DNA from: Bigelowiella natans CCMP2755
Taxonomy: Eukaryota > Protista > Cercozoa
DNA length: 64,000 bases
NCBI GenBank assembly: GCA_000320545.1
Contig: ADNK01000090.1
Location: 1-64,000, forward strand
Direction: 5' to 3'
The notes beneath the pieces were generated by a model, which saw nothing but the letters and a program-made list of their open reading frames with translations, was not told where the DNA came from and made no database searches. This document shows, in pieces, positions 37,169 through 51,238 of the stretch; within the stretch, counting starts at the first letter, position 1; every line of letters starts with the position of its first letter. Both the position numbers and the translations under genes were made by a program.

Positions 37169-38342
37169 ATGAGGCTGTTGTCAATGAGGTTCTCCAGAAT
37201 AGGATGCATTCTAGCCGTCCTCCTTGTTGCCTGTGGCAAGACTGAGGGGCGATCGGTGAGAAGTCTTGAGCGACTTCGAGCTGGCTATTCAAGCACCCAT
37301 CGACTTGCAAGAAACGCCGGCCCAGTGCAATCTCGGGTCCCGACCCTTTCGTTTTCATTTGTTCGCAATGAGCACGTTGCAAAACATGGAGTAGCCTGCC
37401 CAAATCTATATGATTAGAATATCTTTTCTCCCTCCTCCTCTTCCCTTCTATGGATCTCAGTGCTGCTGATACTTCGATGAACGAGCTGACTCTTCTTTTG
37501 CACAGATGCCAACCAGGGCAGCTCAAAGCAGGGCGGTTAGAGCGGCACCATGCACAGCAGCAGCGGCAACAACGGGAAGAATGACATCGATACAGACGTC
37601 AAAAGCTCAACGATCAAGCGGCGTGATTAAGCGTGTCCTTGTTTTTGGCGGAACGGTTGGCACTTGTCATATGTGTTTCGTAGCTTCCGAAATCATCCCT
37701 TCACCCCATTTACCCCCACTCATCAGGGTCGCGTGGGCGGCAGTACAATAGAATGGCTTCAGAAGATGGCAGTAGAGGAAGGGTTTGAACTGGAAATTGC
37801 CGTCGCAGGCCGAAATAGGTTTTTCTATTGAATGTGCAGCAGATCTCATCATGACAGTCACTCGCCGGATGCATGTTGATCAGAGGGCGATTTGACGCTT
37901 TGCAACGGAGTATAGACGCTCAGGAAGACCTTGGTGGCCGTAGATATAACCCCCTATCCTTCCTCGAGCTTGACTTTCGTGACTCCACGGCCTTGCAGCA
38001 AATCTTTCTGCCTCGGAAATCTGCCTCTCCACCCTCCTCCTCCCCGCGATCGTCGTCTTCGCCATCAGAGCAGGCCTGGGACCTCGTCATCCACACCGCA
38101 GGCCCATTCCAGCAGAAAAAAGAGAACGAAGTCCTGAGCGCATGCCTTGAAGCCGGTGAGTATATTTGCGTAAAGAGCCCTGTTGCTTTGTTGTGCTTAC
38201 TCAAGAGAGCGTCAGTACACTTTGGTGTTGCCTTTGAAATTTCCGCTTCGTTATAAGACCTTTCGAGGCCATCTTAATAGCGTTATGATACTGCTACTAC
38301 AATAGTAGTCGTAAGCTGTAGTAGTAGTAGTAGTCGTAAGCT

Positions 38343-38375
<33 letters not shown>

Positions 38376-41095
38376 TTTGTTGTTATTGTTGTGATAGATG
38401 TAGGAAGAGGAACAGCTGCGTCATAATAGCTGTCGTCATTGATGCACGACCGAACCTATCGTTTCTACTGCGAGGATATAGGATCATACATCATCTTAAA
38501 AAGAGCCATCCCACCCTCAACACAGGCATTGCCTATGTCGACGTTTGCGACGACACAGAATTGGCGCTTTCCGCGAAGAGAAATGGGGATTCGATTGCAA
38601 AAGAAAAAGGTTAGCGGAGGGAGCCCCCCATCTTCATCATCCAACAATAAGTTACACATAGATGAAAGTGGTGGCGATGATAATGATAATGACAATGACA
38701 ATGAGAATGGTGATAATAATGATGGCACTAATGATAATAACAATTCTGATATAGTGCTGCTACTGCTGATGACGATGGCGATAGATTTGAAGAAATACAC
38801 CTTTAACATCGATTTCACGCAGGAATACCTGTCTTAATCTCAACCGGAATCTGGCCGGGGGTGTCCGCTCTCATGGCTAATAAGGCCGTCCGTGCGATGG
38901 AGCGTAAGGAGGGGGCGAAACCGACGCAGATCGACATGAATTTCTTCACAGCAGGGACTGGAGGGGTACACGAACCACTTGCCTGCCAACATTTAAGCTG
39001 CGCAAAAAAAGCCTTTGACATGACGTTCAACACCGCGTTGTGGAAGATGATCTCTCACGAGTGCGCACGGTGTATGTGATGCCCCATGACTACTAGCCTG
39101 TGAGATATGCTTGTGTTTCTTTCTTTCACAATGGCGCAAAATGGTAGGCAGGGGCTACGATACTGAGCGCGACCTTCCTTCTCCTCTGCGAGCCGGTGCG
39201 GGTGATGGATGGAGGCCGACAACGGTAGAGAGCAAGGAATTTTTTGGGAGGGATTTCAAACGGAAGATTCTCATTGATTTCTACAACTGTTTTGAGATCT
39301 GAAATCGTCAATATCTGTAGCAAAAGGAAAGGCATGGAATGTGTCCTCCGTGGCCATCGGAGAGAAACATGTTAAACGCGCGCAGTTCTATCCAAGAGCG
39401 TTGCAGCTAATTGGGCGATACCTGGACTAAATTAGTGTTTCCCCTCTCTACTCTCCTTGTTGGCACATTAGGACGAAGCCGCCTTGGAGCTCTAACAAAA
39501 ACGTGGATTTTGGACCCCACGTTGGAATCAAACCGACGTATCTGCTCGATCAACCGGAGGTTGGTGATGAAGAGATAGGGAGAAAGAGCTGCTATCTCTA
39601 ACTTCTCTATTCCTCTCCCATTTTCTGTATCCGAATTTTCTTTTTCTTCTTCACATGGGTCGAATCTATCGAGGCAGCGGCTTGAGGAAAATAGCGCCGA
39701 CTAATGTGCATCGTCGCTGTCTGTCCTCTCGTCCTCTAAACCAACTAGTAATTTTTCCACATGTCGTTGGATGGCTGTTGCAGTTTATCTTTTCTAATTA
39801 ACAGGTGATAATGTGTGGGGAAAGCCTAGATGTCCCAAATGTGGAATCAAGGTGTGATGTTTGGTTGTTTTTGAATGAAACAAAACAGAGCAATATTTTC
39901 AGCCATACCGTATCATGAATACCAGACGAGAACCACAAGAATTGATACTTTTGATCTCTCTATCCTCTTTCCCTGATATCGGTTCCATTCTGACAAGGTT
40001 TGGAACAGCGCCAGGGATGTGGAACGAGCTGTTCAAAGCTATCGCGGTTCTCCCGGTAGCTCTCCACAAATTACCATTGTCTTCTTCCTTGCTTTTGCCA
40101 CAAATTCTTATCATTTCTACCGTTATTACGGTCATTGTAACGAGGTTCTATTATATTATGATTTCAAGTCCTCGTTAGCAGCAGTAATAGCAACGAGAAT
40201 GTACTAACCTGCATTCGTCTGAAAAATCTCCTGAAGCGGTTTGATGATGGCTGTGATGACAGGCATCGTTGCTGAGCAATAGAGACTTGATGCAGAAATT
40301 CGCTGTTTTCTCGCTCCCAATAGTCCAGTACGACCTCCCTCCTGTCCAGTTATCTTTTTATTTTTTGTATAACCGTTATATGCGCGCAACACGAAGTAAT
40401 GCCATTCCGATGATATGACGACGGCACTGGTGTTTTGTTTACAGCAATTAGATACAAGCGCCAAAGACTTTACACAGCTATACGTCTTAACTCCCCACTT
40501 CTATCCGCTCCTTACCCGCATATAGGATAGTAGATGCTCTAGTCGGGTCGACAAACGCAATGCGTGTGGATGCTGTCCTTGAGAAAGTACCAGAGGAAGG
40601 GGGGGAGCCCGAGCAGCGCCGTGTCTCTAGCCTGGTTGTCCATGAGAGTCTTTCCTCTTGCGTAGGACAAGCCACAGCTGCGTTTGCAATTGAGGTGCAA
40701 AGGAGAAATGAAAAGAGGACAACATTGACGACGATCATATGAATCAAAACCGCACACTTCCCTTACGAAGTCATCTTCTCCCCGCACATATCTTTCTGAA
40801 TATCGTTTTTCTCTCGCTCACAACACAGGTTCTGAGAGGACGAGTTCAGAACGGAGTCCACTTTCCGGTGGAATTGAACAACGAGAATGTGGACAACATT
40901 CTAGCAAGGTATTGGCGCATTGACTTTTGTCGCCCGTGTCGAATTACTCTTCGTTTAGAACATTTTTCCATTTACTTGCACATTATTGGATTGTTTGTTT
41001 TGCAAGTTTCATTGCTACGTTCACATTTCACAACGTTGTGTCCAATTGTTTGTCGCAGGGTGAAGAAAGGGGCACTGACATGGCAGATCCCGTAA
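37169..41095 (+). CDS. Saccharopine dehydrogenase-like NAD(P)-binding oxidoreductase with a signal/transit-like leader, multi-exon
   Basis: RVLVFGGT|GRVGGST, IAVAGRNR, DLVIHTAGPFQQ, AYVDVCDD, STGIWPGVSALMA, FFTAGTGG|AGATILSATFLLL: the plant/cyanobacterial SDH-like pattern. Confidence 0.85.
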
Positions 41096-41099
41096 ATAC

Positions 41100-41650
41100 G
41101 CACAATGATGCTAGATGCACATCGATCGATGGCAAGCACCAAAATGTGGTTTTGATGCTGTGACGTAGCCGTCGTGGAAAATGCTATAATGCTCGTCACG
41201 TTGCATGTCTAGGTGCGCCCATTTGCGAAACTTTGAAACGCTAGACGCCGTGCATGCATTGTGACTCGACTCATTGGCCCACATGTGCATTTCTTAGCGA
41301 CGGCAATTTGACACGCTTCAATGAGCATGCACGTACAGCTTGTTCTCATCCAGCACTAGAGCATGCAGTCCGCCAGCAGTCGCAGCGTTTCGATCTCCAG
41401 TCGATCGCTGCAAGTGTGGGACGTGTGCTCAATCTGCGATCGATGAGACGCATCTTCAATGTTCAATGTTCAATGTTCAATCTGACAAATGCACGCACAT
41501 GCATTGAGCTTTGATCTCGCAAAGCACGAAGCCAGCAAGGGCAGCGGCGCCACTGCCAGACTGACCCGCCATCCTTTCAACCGCTCGTGTTCGTGTGGAA
41601 TTGTTTCACTTGTTCACTCATTCACTCAACGTGATCTCTTCTTCTTTGAT
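41100..41650. other. TpA-depleted tract downstream of the SDH-like gene
   Basis: Few TA, several of them in CTAG; (TTCAATG)n at 41455-41481. Confidence 0.7.
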
Positions 41651-42832
41651 CAGAGCTTGGAGCGCACCTCCCGAATCTTCTCGCTTCCGAACCCCGTGAT
41701 TCTCGGTCGCAATCCCGGTTTTCCACCGAGATTACGGGATTGCCGACCCAGCTGTTCTCCTAGATCCGCCCGATAATTGCCGTTGCGGGCCACTGTCAAT
41801 TGCCGCTTGTACCGGGTACTGCCGTAATGTATACAATTCATCGGTTATTGTCTTCCTCTCAGCTTGCCGACACAGGGGAGTTCTTTAGAGCTTTCCATGC
41901 TTGCCACGAGGCCAGATTCTCGTCTGCTTTCCCTCGATATTTGACCTGTATGCTCTGTTTTCGGAACAATTTCCCTGCATTAATCCCCCACACGAGACTT
42001 GTTGAGCTTGCGATTGGCTGACCCTGAGAACCCGCGCAAACCAGTTTCCAGATTCAGGATCGGGCTGCTTTCCGGGGCGCTTTTTTTTATTGGTTTTTTC
42101 GTATGTAATTTCAAGAAATGAAAGTCCAGGAAAAGCCTACGCCACCTTCGTGTGCTTGACGCTAAGGCAGGAACACATCTTTAAGATCTTTAATGCTTGT
42201 CGTTACAATGGAATATCAAGGCATTTTTAATATTTGGTTGGGTGTTGCTGTGAAGATAATCTGACTCATAACCAAGGTGCCTACTGGCAAACGATTCGGA
42301 AGGTCTCGACCACCTCTTCCTCCGAATCATCGCCTCGGGTTGTTAACAGGCAAAGGTGGTATTGTATTTGTTGGGATCTTCTACACACATGTTTCCATAA
42401 GAGATACAAATAACTGGAAATTTTGAGTTACACTCACCAGCAACGATTCGATGAGAACTACCCGCACAAATTGAACTGTACACAATTTTCGCGCAACCAT
42501 CAGTCATTCCCGCAAGAATATTCTATGCCAGAGTCATTGTTCCATGTATAATATGACTAAAGTCGATTTATGGTTACATTTTGATTTTACACTGTGGTAT
42601 CGGATGAGCACCATGATGTGTCAATGTGCCACAACCAGCGTACACTATGTTGAGTGACTTACAATGCCTCCCGTAAAAATGCATTTCTTACTCTTTGGAT
42701 GTCCCCACCTTGTTGATAAGCCACTCGGTTTGATCTAATTTACTTCATATTTTTTTCCAGCCTGCGAGAAGAGCCGCTGGGGCCTTTTCACGTCCCGAAC
42801 GTAGTTCCCACCCGAAGCTTATCCCGGTGAAG

Positions 42833-45800
42833 ATGCTGCCATCTAAAATCACCACGCCAGGAATTGGTGTCATTGTGGTAGTAGCATGCTGGGCACCGCT
42901 GTCAATGGTAGACGCGGTCGATGCGTCGATGGCCTACGGTCAGATCGCAACCCCTGCAGCCGACTTCGCTAATCCAATCGGCACTTCAATGAGAAGGGAA
43001 GCCCTCATTTCACGAACCATGAAATCTGAGAAAGGAGCGCGTGGTGTTGAGATCGGGTACTCCGGCGATCATCAACAAACGTCCTCTTCGATGGCCTCAT
43101 ATGCAAAGAGGGCGTGGGGGCGGATTTTCGGCTCACCACAGCGGTCGCGGCCCAACCTGAACACACGAAGTTCGATGCTTACCAAGGATCCCTTGCTAAA
43201 CTCCGTGGAGCCCTATGTAATAATTCTGATATGAAGATAACTTTATTTTCCGGGGGAGGAAGAGGGATAGGGGAGGAAGAAGGGGGCAACATTCATGTGT
43301 GTATGTATGCGTTTTTACGGAAGATTGACTTAAATCTCCCACTCGATTAATCATCACTTTTGGACTACAAAGAATTCCGTCTCTTCCTCGCCTTGTCGCA
43401 CCACGGCTTTTTTTAAAAAAAGAACTTATCATTGGCAGGCTAAATTCGAGGTTGAGTACGACCTTGCGCACGGTGGCGGCGGAAGTAGCAAGGACGTAAC
43501 AATCACCGCAGCGCAGACTCTGAAACTGGCTTCGTCCGTCATCACCCCGGAAGCATGGATGGCTGATGTGAAGGGCTTGACCGAAGTCTCTAATACACGT
43601 TTTGCTGGGAGCGACGGCTGCGCCGTTGCTCGGGGGTATCTGCAGCAGAGGCTGATAGAAATTGGGTGATATGATGAATAACTAATGACAACGCAAACAT
43701 ATTGGAATATCTTTTAGATGGCGTGGTAGTGTGTGTGTGGGGGGGGGGGGGTGAGAGATGGCACGATGAGAAGAAATGGTCGTGAAGGTTGCAGAAATGG
43801 GTGCGTGTTTTGCACCAATTCACTCGCTGATGCTCGTGTGTTTTTCTCCCCCCCTCCCCAATATTACGCAAAACAGGCTCCCTGTCAAGGAGCACAAGAC
43901 TGAGATCTTCGTCAAGCAGGACGGGAAGCAAAAATCATCCACCTCGCCCGATAAGGCCTACGAGGTTGTAAATCTCGTCGGGACTCTTGAGGGCAAGCCG
44001 GCGCTGGGCCAGACTCAGGATGACCTTCCCGTGGTGGTCGTTGGCGCTCATTACGACTCACGCGGAAGTATCCTGTGCGAGAAGGGCAGCTCCCCGGGCG
44101 CGGACGACAACGCCTCGGGAGTCGCCGGTGTCCTCGCTGCTGCGCGCTACGCGAAAGCCCTCTCCGACTCCCGCGGCGGCCTCCCCTGCACCATCAAATT
44201 CGTGCTATTTGGCGGCGCTGAGGTAGGTTGCTGTGTGTGTGGGCGCTGATACCTCGAAGGGTTGATTTGATAGTGTGCAATTGGGATATTGTTTTTTTGA
44301 AAAAATTGTTCCCGGCGCAATCCTTCCTTCACTCCCCCGTCCCTCTCTCCCCCTTTAACTTAAACAAAAAAAACTTGTGTGAGCGTTCGCGTTAACTCCG
44401 CATTTACACCTTCCCCCTACGGTTCTCCAGGTGGGGACGATAGGCTCCGACCGTTTCGTGAAGACACTCGTCGAGCCTAAATTCCGCAGGAACTTTGCTG
44501 GCGCTATAATCCTGGACCAGATTGGGTACAAACAGCAGCGGACGAATCTCCCTGGCTCCCCCATCGCACGTCTAGTTATCGACACAGTAAAGAGCGCCAA
44601 ACAAGGTCTTGACGAGAAGGCCAAGGCACTTGTGAGGGGTCTTGGAGAAGTAGCTAAAAAGGTCTTCACACAAAAATAGATTCTCCCCCCTCCCCCATTC
44701 CCCACTTCCAACCCTTGATTCGCAAGAGTGGCGCGCTCTATCCCTTCCCAGCGTAATCCCCCCCCCCCCCCCCCCGAAAACATCATAGGTCGCCGGAAAA
44801 CCGCACCTCGCAGAGACTTTCTGCAACTGGTTCGGCGTGGGTTCCGACCACACGCCCTTCTTGAAAGAGAACCTGCCCGCCGTGCTCCTCATCTCCCGCG
44901 ACTACATGAGCAACCCCGGGAAGTTCTCTGCAACGGATATCGCTGACCGCCTCGACCCTGCCCAAGGCGCGCTGATTTCCCAGGTCGCAGCGCTCGGCGC
45001 GCTGCACATGGGCGGCGTGCGCTCAAAGGAGGGGGAAAATCTCGAGAACCTGTGCCAGCGCCTGGCGAAGCAGCAGGCTGCGGGGGCTGCGGAGTCCGAT
45101 CTCTTCGGCAGCAGCGGCCTTCCAAAGGTGTCGTACGACAGCCACGCAAAGGTCACAGAGACAGCCGAGGGAGTCGTAATCTCTTCGAGGGGTGAAGCGC
45201 AAGCGACAGGCGCCGCCGCCGCCGCCACCACAAGCAGCCCGAAGGAGATGCAGACTGTACCAGCAGCAGTAAGGGGCGGCCACGCCTCGGCTTCCTCCGG
45301 CGGCTCTGGTAGCGAGGATGGGGTGGCAGCTGCCCTGAGGGTTGCTGCGGAACAAGCCAAGAAGATCTACAACACCCTGGACAAGTCTCCTCCGCCACCA
45401 AACGCGCGAGAGAGATCATCACGTGCTAGTAACCCAGAACCCAAATCCCCCCCCCCGTATCGCGGCGAGACGGCCAAGAAAGGAGGGGAGGACGAGCCGC
45501 TCCCTCCGGCGTTACGGGATGCCGCGGAGACCCAGAAGAAAGAGGTGTTTGCCTCGGCCTTCGCCCAGTACCGAAAACAGAAAGCGAGCAGCTCGCCGTC
45601 CTCAGACGCCCAGCCAGCGTCCCCCGTCGACACGAAATCGGAGGATCAGCCGATTGGATATGGCTTCTCGGTTCCGAAGACAAGCGCTCTTCCGGAGAAG
45701 CCGAAGCCCGGCATGCCCAAGCCTTACATCGCGCCTGGGTTCTCAGCGCCGGCCTCCACGGCGTCCGGGGAGGTGGCTGCCGCCTCCAATGCTGAGCTTA

Positions 45801-48800
45801 AACAGCTCGGCTACGGCTTCTCAGCACCTGTTTCGCCGCCTCCCACGCAAGATAAGGAGAAGCCTTCTCCTTCCTCCTCGTCGTCCTCTGCCTCAACGCC
45901 TAAGGGGGAAGGGGCAGCAAGGAAGACGGGTTGGAAGATGCCGAAGCCATACGTTGCTCCAGGTCCAGCAAAGTCGGAGGAGGAGGGGGCCAAGTCAAAG
46001 CCTCTGGGCTGGGGTTTCTCAGCGCCAGTTTCCCCCGAAAAGGATGATGCCGAGAAGCAAAAAAAAGCACCTCTTTCTTCTTCTTCTTCTTCTTCTTCTT
46101 CTTCTTCTCCCCCTCCTACCTCTCCGAAGCCTGCAATGCCTAAGCCTTACGTTGCCCCAGGATTTTCCGCTCCTGTATCCACAGCGTCTGGCCAGCCGAT
46201 TGGTGGGGACACCTCCTCGGCGGCAAAGGGCGGGGGGGGTGACTCTGCGGCACCGAAAAAGAGCACACCGAAGCCTTATGTGGCTCCACCAGCAAGTGCA
46301 ATGTCTCCGGCAGCAGCAAAGAAGCCATCATCATCTTCATCATCATCGTCGTCCTCCTCCTCCTCCTCCTCCTCGTCCCAGACGCCCAAACCATACGTAG
46401 CTCCAGGGTTCTCCGCCCCCGCTTCTACGCCTGGAGGACAGCCGATTGGAGATTCCAGCGAGAACAGGAAGGTATCTCCCTCGAAGCAAACGCTAAAACA
46501 ACAACAGGAAGCGGGAGCATCGACGACGACGACGACGACGACGAGCACACCAAAGCCCTACGTGCCTCCCGGGTAAGTATCTCTGTAGTTCTTCGGTTTC
46601 ATGAGGAAAAAACATCCCGCCCCCCTCCCTTCTTTCATCATGCGATGGAGTCTTCCTACGTCACCAGAACTGAAAAGATTTGAGGAGATGTATGTACACT
46701 GATTGTTTCTCCCGCTCCTCTTCCCTCCTTTTAGATATCCAGCGCCGGTGTCGACGGCCTCTGGGCAGCCATTGGGGGGAAGCTCCGACTCCTCCCCCCC
46801 CCCGTCAGGAAAACCCTACACCCCCCCTCCCGCTGACTCCTCCGCGGGTGGCAAGATGAAGAAACAGCCGTCGTCCACACCAAAGCCTTACGTGCCTCCG
46901 GGGTATTCTGCGCCAGCCTCCACCGCCGCTGGGCAGCCCGCTGGCGATGACGGCATTGCCGCCGCACTACAAACAGCCACGGAGCAAGCGAAAAAGATCT
47001 ATAAGACGCTCGATGACTCGCCAAAGAAGTCGTCGTCGTTTGAGATGCCCAAGCCGTACATCGCTCCTGGCTTCTCGGCGCCCGCCTCCACGGCCTCTGG
47101 GCAGCCACTAGAAGCCGAAGCCAACGAGGAGGAGCAAAGAAAGATGAAGAAGAGCCAGAGCGGGTCACCCGCTGCTGCTGCTGCTGCCTCTGGAGGGCAG
47201 CAACAGCAGCCTTCTGCGACTAGTGCTGCAGGACCAGCACAATCCTCATTCTCATCTTCTCCTCCTCCTCCTCCTCCTGCTCCTTCGGCACCCAAACCGT
47301 ACGTTGCTCCAGGTTTCCCTCCTCCCTCATCCACAGCTTCTGGCCAACCCCGAGATCAGCAGCAGCAGCAGCAGGTGGCTGAAGCCCCCGCCCAGCAATC
47401 CAGCTCTGGCGCCAAGAAGAGTGCCGCACAAACGCCGAAGCCATACATCGCCCCTGGGTTTTCCGCACCGGCGTCGGCAGCGTCTGGCCAGCCGGCAGCC
47501 GCCTCCACTTCGGAGACTACGATGAGGCAGCCTCCTCAGACCAAGCCTTACGTGCCTTCGAGTCCATCCTCCTCCTCCTCCTCGTCAGCCTCGTCCTCGT
47601 CGTCATCGACAATAAAGCCAACCCCCTACACGCCTGCAGGCTACCCAAAGCCAGCGTCTACAGCTGCCGGACAGCCTCTCGCGCCTACAGCCAAAGATAC
47701 AGGCACTGGAGGAGGAGGAGGAGGAGGAGGAGGAGGAAGGTCCCTGGACAAGCAGCCGCCAGCGCCCACCACCACAACTCCTGCTGCCACAGTCTCTACT
47801 ACAGCATCATCGCCGCCACCTCCTAAGCAAGGGGCACCGAAGCCATACTTGGCGCCTGGTTTTCCAGCCCCCGCCTCAACGGCATCTGGGAAGCCAATCG
47901 GCGGCGATTCCAAGGTCACGTCTCCTCCTCCGGCCGCAAAGAAGCCTGTCTCCTCGGAGACTCCTAAGTCAAAAACGTCGGCCTCTCCACCCCCCCCTTC
48001 CACCACTCCAGCAGCAGCAGCAGCAGCAGCTCCGAAGCTTGTTCCTTACACGCCATCGGGGTACGCGAAGTCGGCCTCCACTGCCGACGGCAAGCCTAGA
48101 CCTGAGGTAGGGGCGGGAGAACCAGCATCAGCAGCCGCCACAGCGCCGACGACGAAGACTGCTCAAAGCAGCAGCAGCACCACCACCACCACCAGCACCA
48201 CCAGCAGTAGCACTGAAACAGTCCCCTACACGCCAGCGGGATATCCGAAATTTGCCTCAACCGCCGACGGGAAGCCTGCTCCTGGCGCTCAGCAGCCACA
48301 GCAAAACCAACAGCAACAGCAACAGAACCAACAGCCACAGCCGGGGAAGATGGCGAGCGAAGGTACGCACAGCCGGTCATCCTCTCCCCCCCCCCCTGCT
48401 GCTGCTCAGCCGTCGCAAGGCAAGCCGGTGCCGTACACTCCAGCGGGGTACCCGAAGTCGGCGTCCACGCCTGATGGAAAGCCAATGCCGTCTGCCTCTT
48501 CCCCCAAAGATGCCAGTGCCAGTAACACAGGCTTTGGGACGGGAGGCTCATCATCATCATCATCATCATCCTCGTCGTCGCATAAAGGACGCCCCATCCC
48601 CTACACCCCAGAAGGCTTTCCGAAGCCCGTTTCGAAACCCTGGGGTGACGCTCCTCCCTCACCGTCATCATCGCCCAGGACTACTCAAACTCCAAAGGCG
48701 ACATTGACGACGGCAAGGGACTATTACTACGCAATACCGCAGCCGTACAACCCGTATCTGAAGACGTCCTCGGCTAGTAAGAGCTTCGAGGAGGTGGTGG

Positions 48801-51238
48801 CTAGAGAGCGACGGCAAGAGGTCCCTGCTAATGCTGCTGCCCCTGCTGCTCTGCACACTACTCCTCCTCCTCCGACATCTTCAGATGAGGTCTCTGTTGG
48901 TAGTAGTCCTGCTGCCACCACACCCTCCACGGGCCACGCGCCTGCTACAAAGGCAAAGGCGGCGACCATGACGACGACTGAAGCGCAGGGTCGAAAGGAG
49001 AGCGCGGCCCCCGCCGCCGCTGAGAAGGCGAGGGCCGCGATAGAAAAGGCGGAGAGACTCGTCGCCTCCCACCTGAAAGACGACGACAAGAAGAAGGCCA
49101 GCGCCTCTACTCCGCAAACCAAGTCGTCAGCGTCAAAAGGCAGCGACCTTTTCTCAGACTTCATGCGCCGTGTGGGGTCCTCCTTGGGCCTCCGTAGACC
49201 ACCTTACCGCGGGACTACAACCACATCAAAGCCTGAACCGTCCTCAGCGGCGGCGGCGACGGCAGCAACAGCAGCAGCGGCGACCGAGGGAGCGAGTGGT
49301 GCAGAGAAGGAAGTGCCATCCCAAACAAGCTCAGCACCACAACCACCACCATCACCAGTATCATCTGGAAAAACAACCGCAGATATATTACAGCAGCAGC
49401 AGCAGCAGCAGCAGAAGGAGCAGGAGAAAGCGCCTTCTGCTTTCCCCCCGAGACATTTGATCGAAGGGCGGGAAGGGAATGGCAGAGCATCACCAACTCC
49501 AACACAGATGGCTGGGCCCCATACCTACCCACCCAAGCACCTGATCGAAGGAGGGAGGGGCGGCGATCCGGGGGTGATCCCGCAGCAGAAATCGCCCAAG
49601 TTTTCCTACATCCCGCAGCCTTACAATCCTTACCTCGGCAAGAAGGAGGAGGAGAGGAGGAGGAAAACGGAGGGAACGGCACACTACTCCGCGGCGGCGG
49701 CAGCAGCAGCAGCAGCACCCTCCATCCCAAAGCCATACACACCGCTGGGCTATGCGCCGTACGCTTCGACGGCCTCAGGACAGGCGATCGGCGGCAACGA
49801 CGCCGCCTACACGCCGTACGGTGCTGCGCCCCAAAAGAAGCCGTTCGACATGTCGATACCGTACACGTCTGGCCGCTCAACTCCGCCTGGGGTGACAAGC
49901 AGCCAGCAGTCGCCGGAGATGTCTCCCCCTCCTCCTCCTGCTGGCTCCCAAATCCCTCGGCCGTACATCCCGCAGGGCTATGCGCCGTACGCCTCGACGG
50001 CTTCAGGACAGGCGGTCGGCGGGGGGTCAGCACCCTATACGCCGTTCGGTGCTGCACCTCAAACAAGGCCCTTCGACACGCCGAGGATGCCGTACAACAC
50101 GCCGTCATCTTCAGTGCCGTACACGCCGCCGTACACGCCGCCGTCCTCCCCCCCACCCCCACTTACACAAATGCACGCGCAGAGGACACCCTCCCCTGTG
50201 CGAACGCCGCCAAAACCTTACCTGCCGCCTGGGTACCCCGAGTACGTCTCGTCACCTGCAGGTGTGGGCTCTCCTTCTCCTCCTCTCGCCGCGTCCTTTG
50301 AGCCGCAGCAGCAGCAGAGGAGGAGGATAGCAGCAGGCCTTCGGGAACGGGAAGCAGCTGCAGCCTTCTCCTCCCCCTCCTCCTCCTCCTCCTCCTTGCT
50401 TCCAGCAGGCAGGGAGGAGGGCAATGACGACAGCAGCATAAACCCCTTGAAGAAGCTTGTCCAAGCGATGTCCTCGCCCAAATCGACCAACTACGGCCTC
50501 CGTGGCCTCAACAACGACAGCAGCAACAACAACAACAACAACAACAACAACCAGCACGAGGGGCAGGAAAGTGGGAGCAGGCCCGGGCCGCACGACTTCC
50601 CCGATCTCCCCGCCGGCGCCAAGGTGCAAGTCAACGGCGTGAGCTACAGGGTGGAGGAAGCGCCGGCCGCGGAGTTGGCGGCGCGGAGGAGCCGGTGCGC
50701 GTCCATGGTTCACCTGGTCTTCGACGAGCTGGGCACGAGGGAGGCGAGGGGGCAGGAGGCCATCGAGGAGCTCTGCCAGCGGTGGGGCCGCCACAAACTC
50801 ACCCGGGAGAGCGCTATCGAGGAGGGGAAGCAGGCGTACGAACGCCTCGTCGGCGACAACGGCGCCAGCGGCCATGCAACCCCCTCCACCGCCTCCTACG
50901 CCTCTCCCTCCCCCCCGGCCTCCGCTGCCGCCGACGAGAGAGAGCTTCTGGAGAAGATAAGGGTCGCACGCGAGGCGGGGCGCGAGATGGAGAAGATCCG
51001 CGAGGACGGGAGCAAGGGGCTTCCCGTGCGGATGGGGGAGGAGGCGGCCGATGACAAGTCGTCGTCGTCGCCGCATCATGGGTTCACTCGGAACCAGGCT
51101 GCGCGCCTTGCGTACAGGATAAACAGCAGAACGGGGAGGCCAGAGGCGGCCGGCTGGCTGCAGAACTTTGTGCCTCCAAGCAGTAGCAGCAGCGGCGGTG
51201 ATGGCACTCGAATGAATGATGCCGTCAAACGCCATTAA
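42833..51238 (+). CDS. Very large secreted-type protein: signal peptide, M28-family peptidase-like domain, then about 2000 aa of Pro/Ser/Ala-rich repeats
   Basis: Signal GIGVIVVVACWAPLSMVDA. M28 motifs VVVGAHYDS, GADDNASGVAGVL, IKFVLFGGAE|VGTIGS, IILDQIG, GSDHTPF. Long exon frames 44837-46572 and about 46735-51238 are joined by a GT-AG intron. Confidence 0.82.
45713..50270 (+). repeat. Dispersed coding repeat, consensus about PKPY(V/I/T)(A/P)PG(F/Y)(S/P)xxASTAxG(Q/K)P
   Basis: About 17 recognisable full units plus partial ones in the two long exons, separated by poly-S/A/P/Q/T linkers. Confidence 0.85.

Noticed and set aside
44889-51235. Long antisense and alternative-frame ORFs (e.g. 45342-46400, 49215-50162, 50252-51235)
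   Set aside because: Shadows of the GC-rich low-complexity coding exons.
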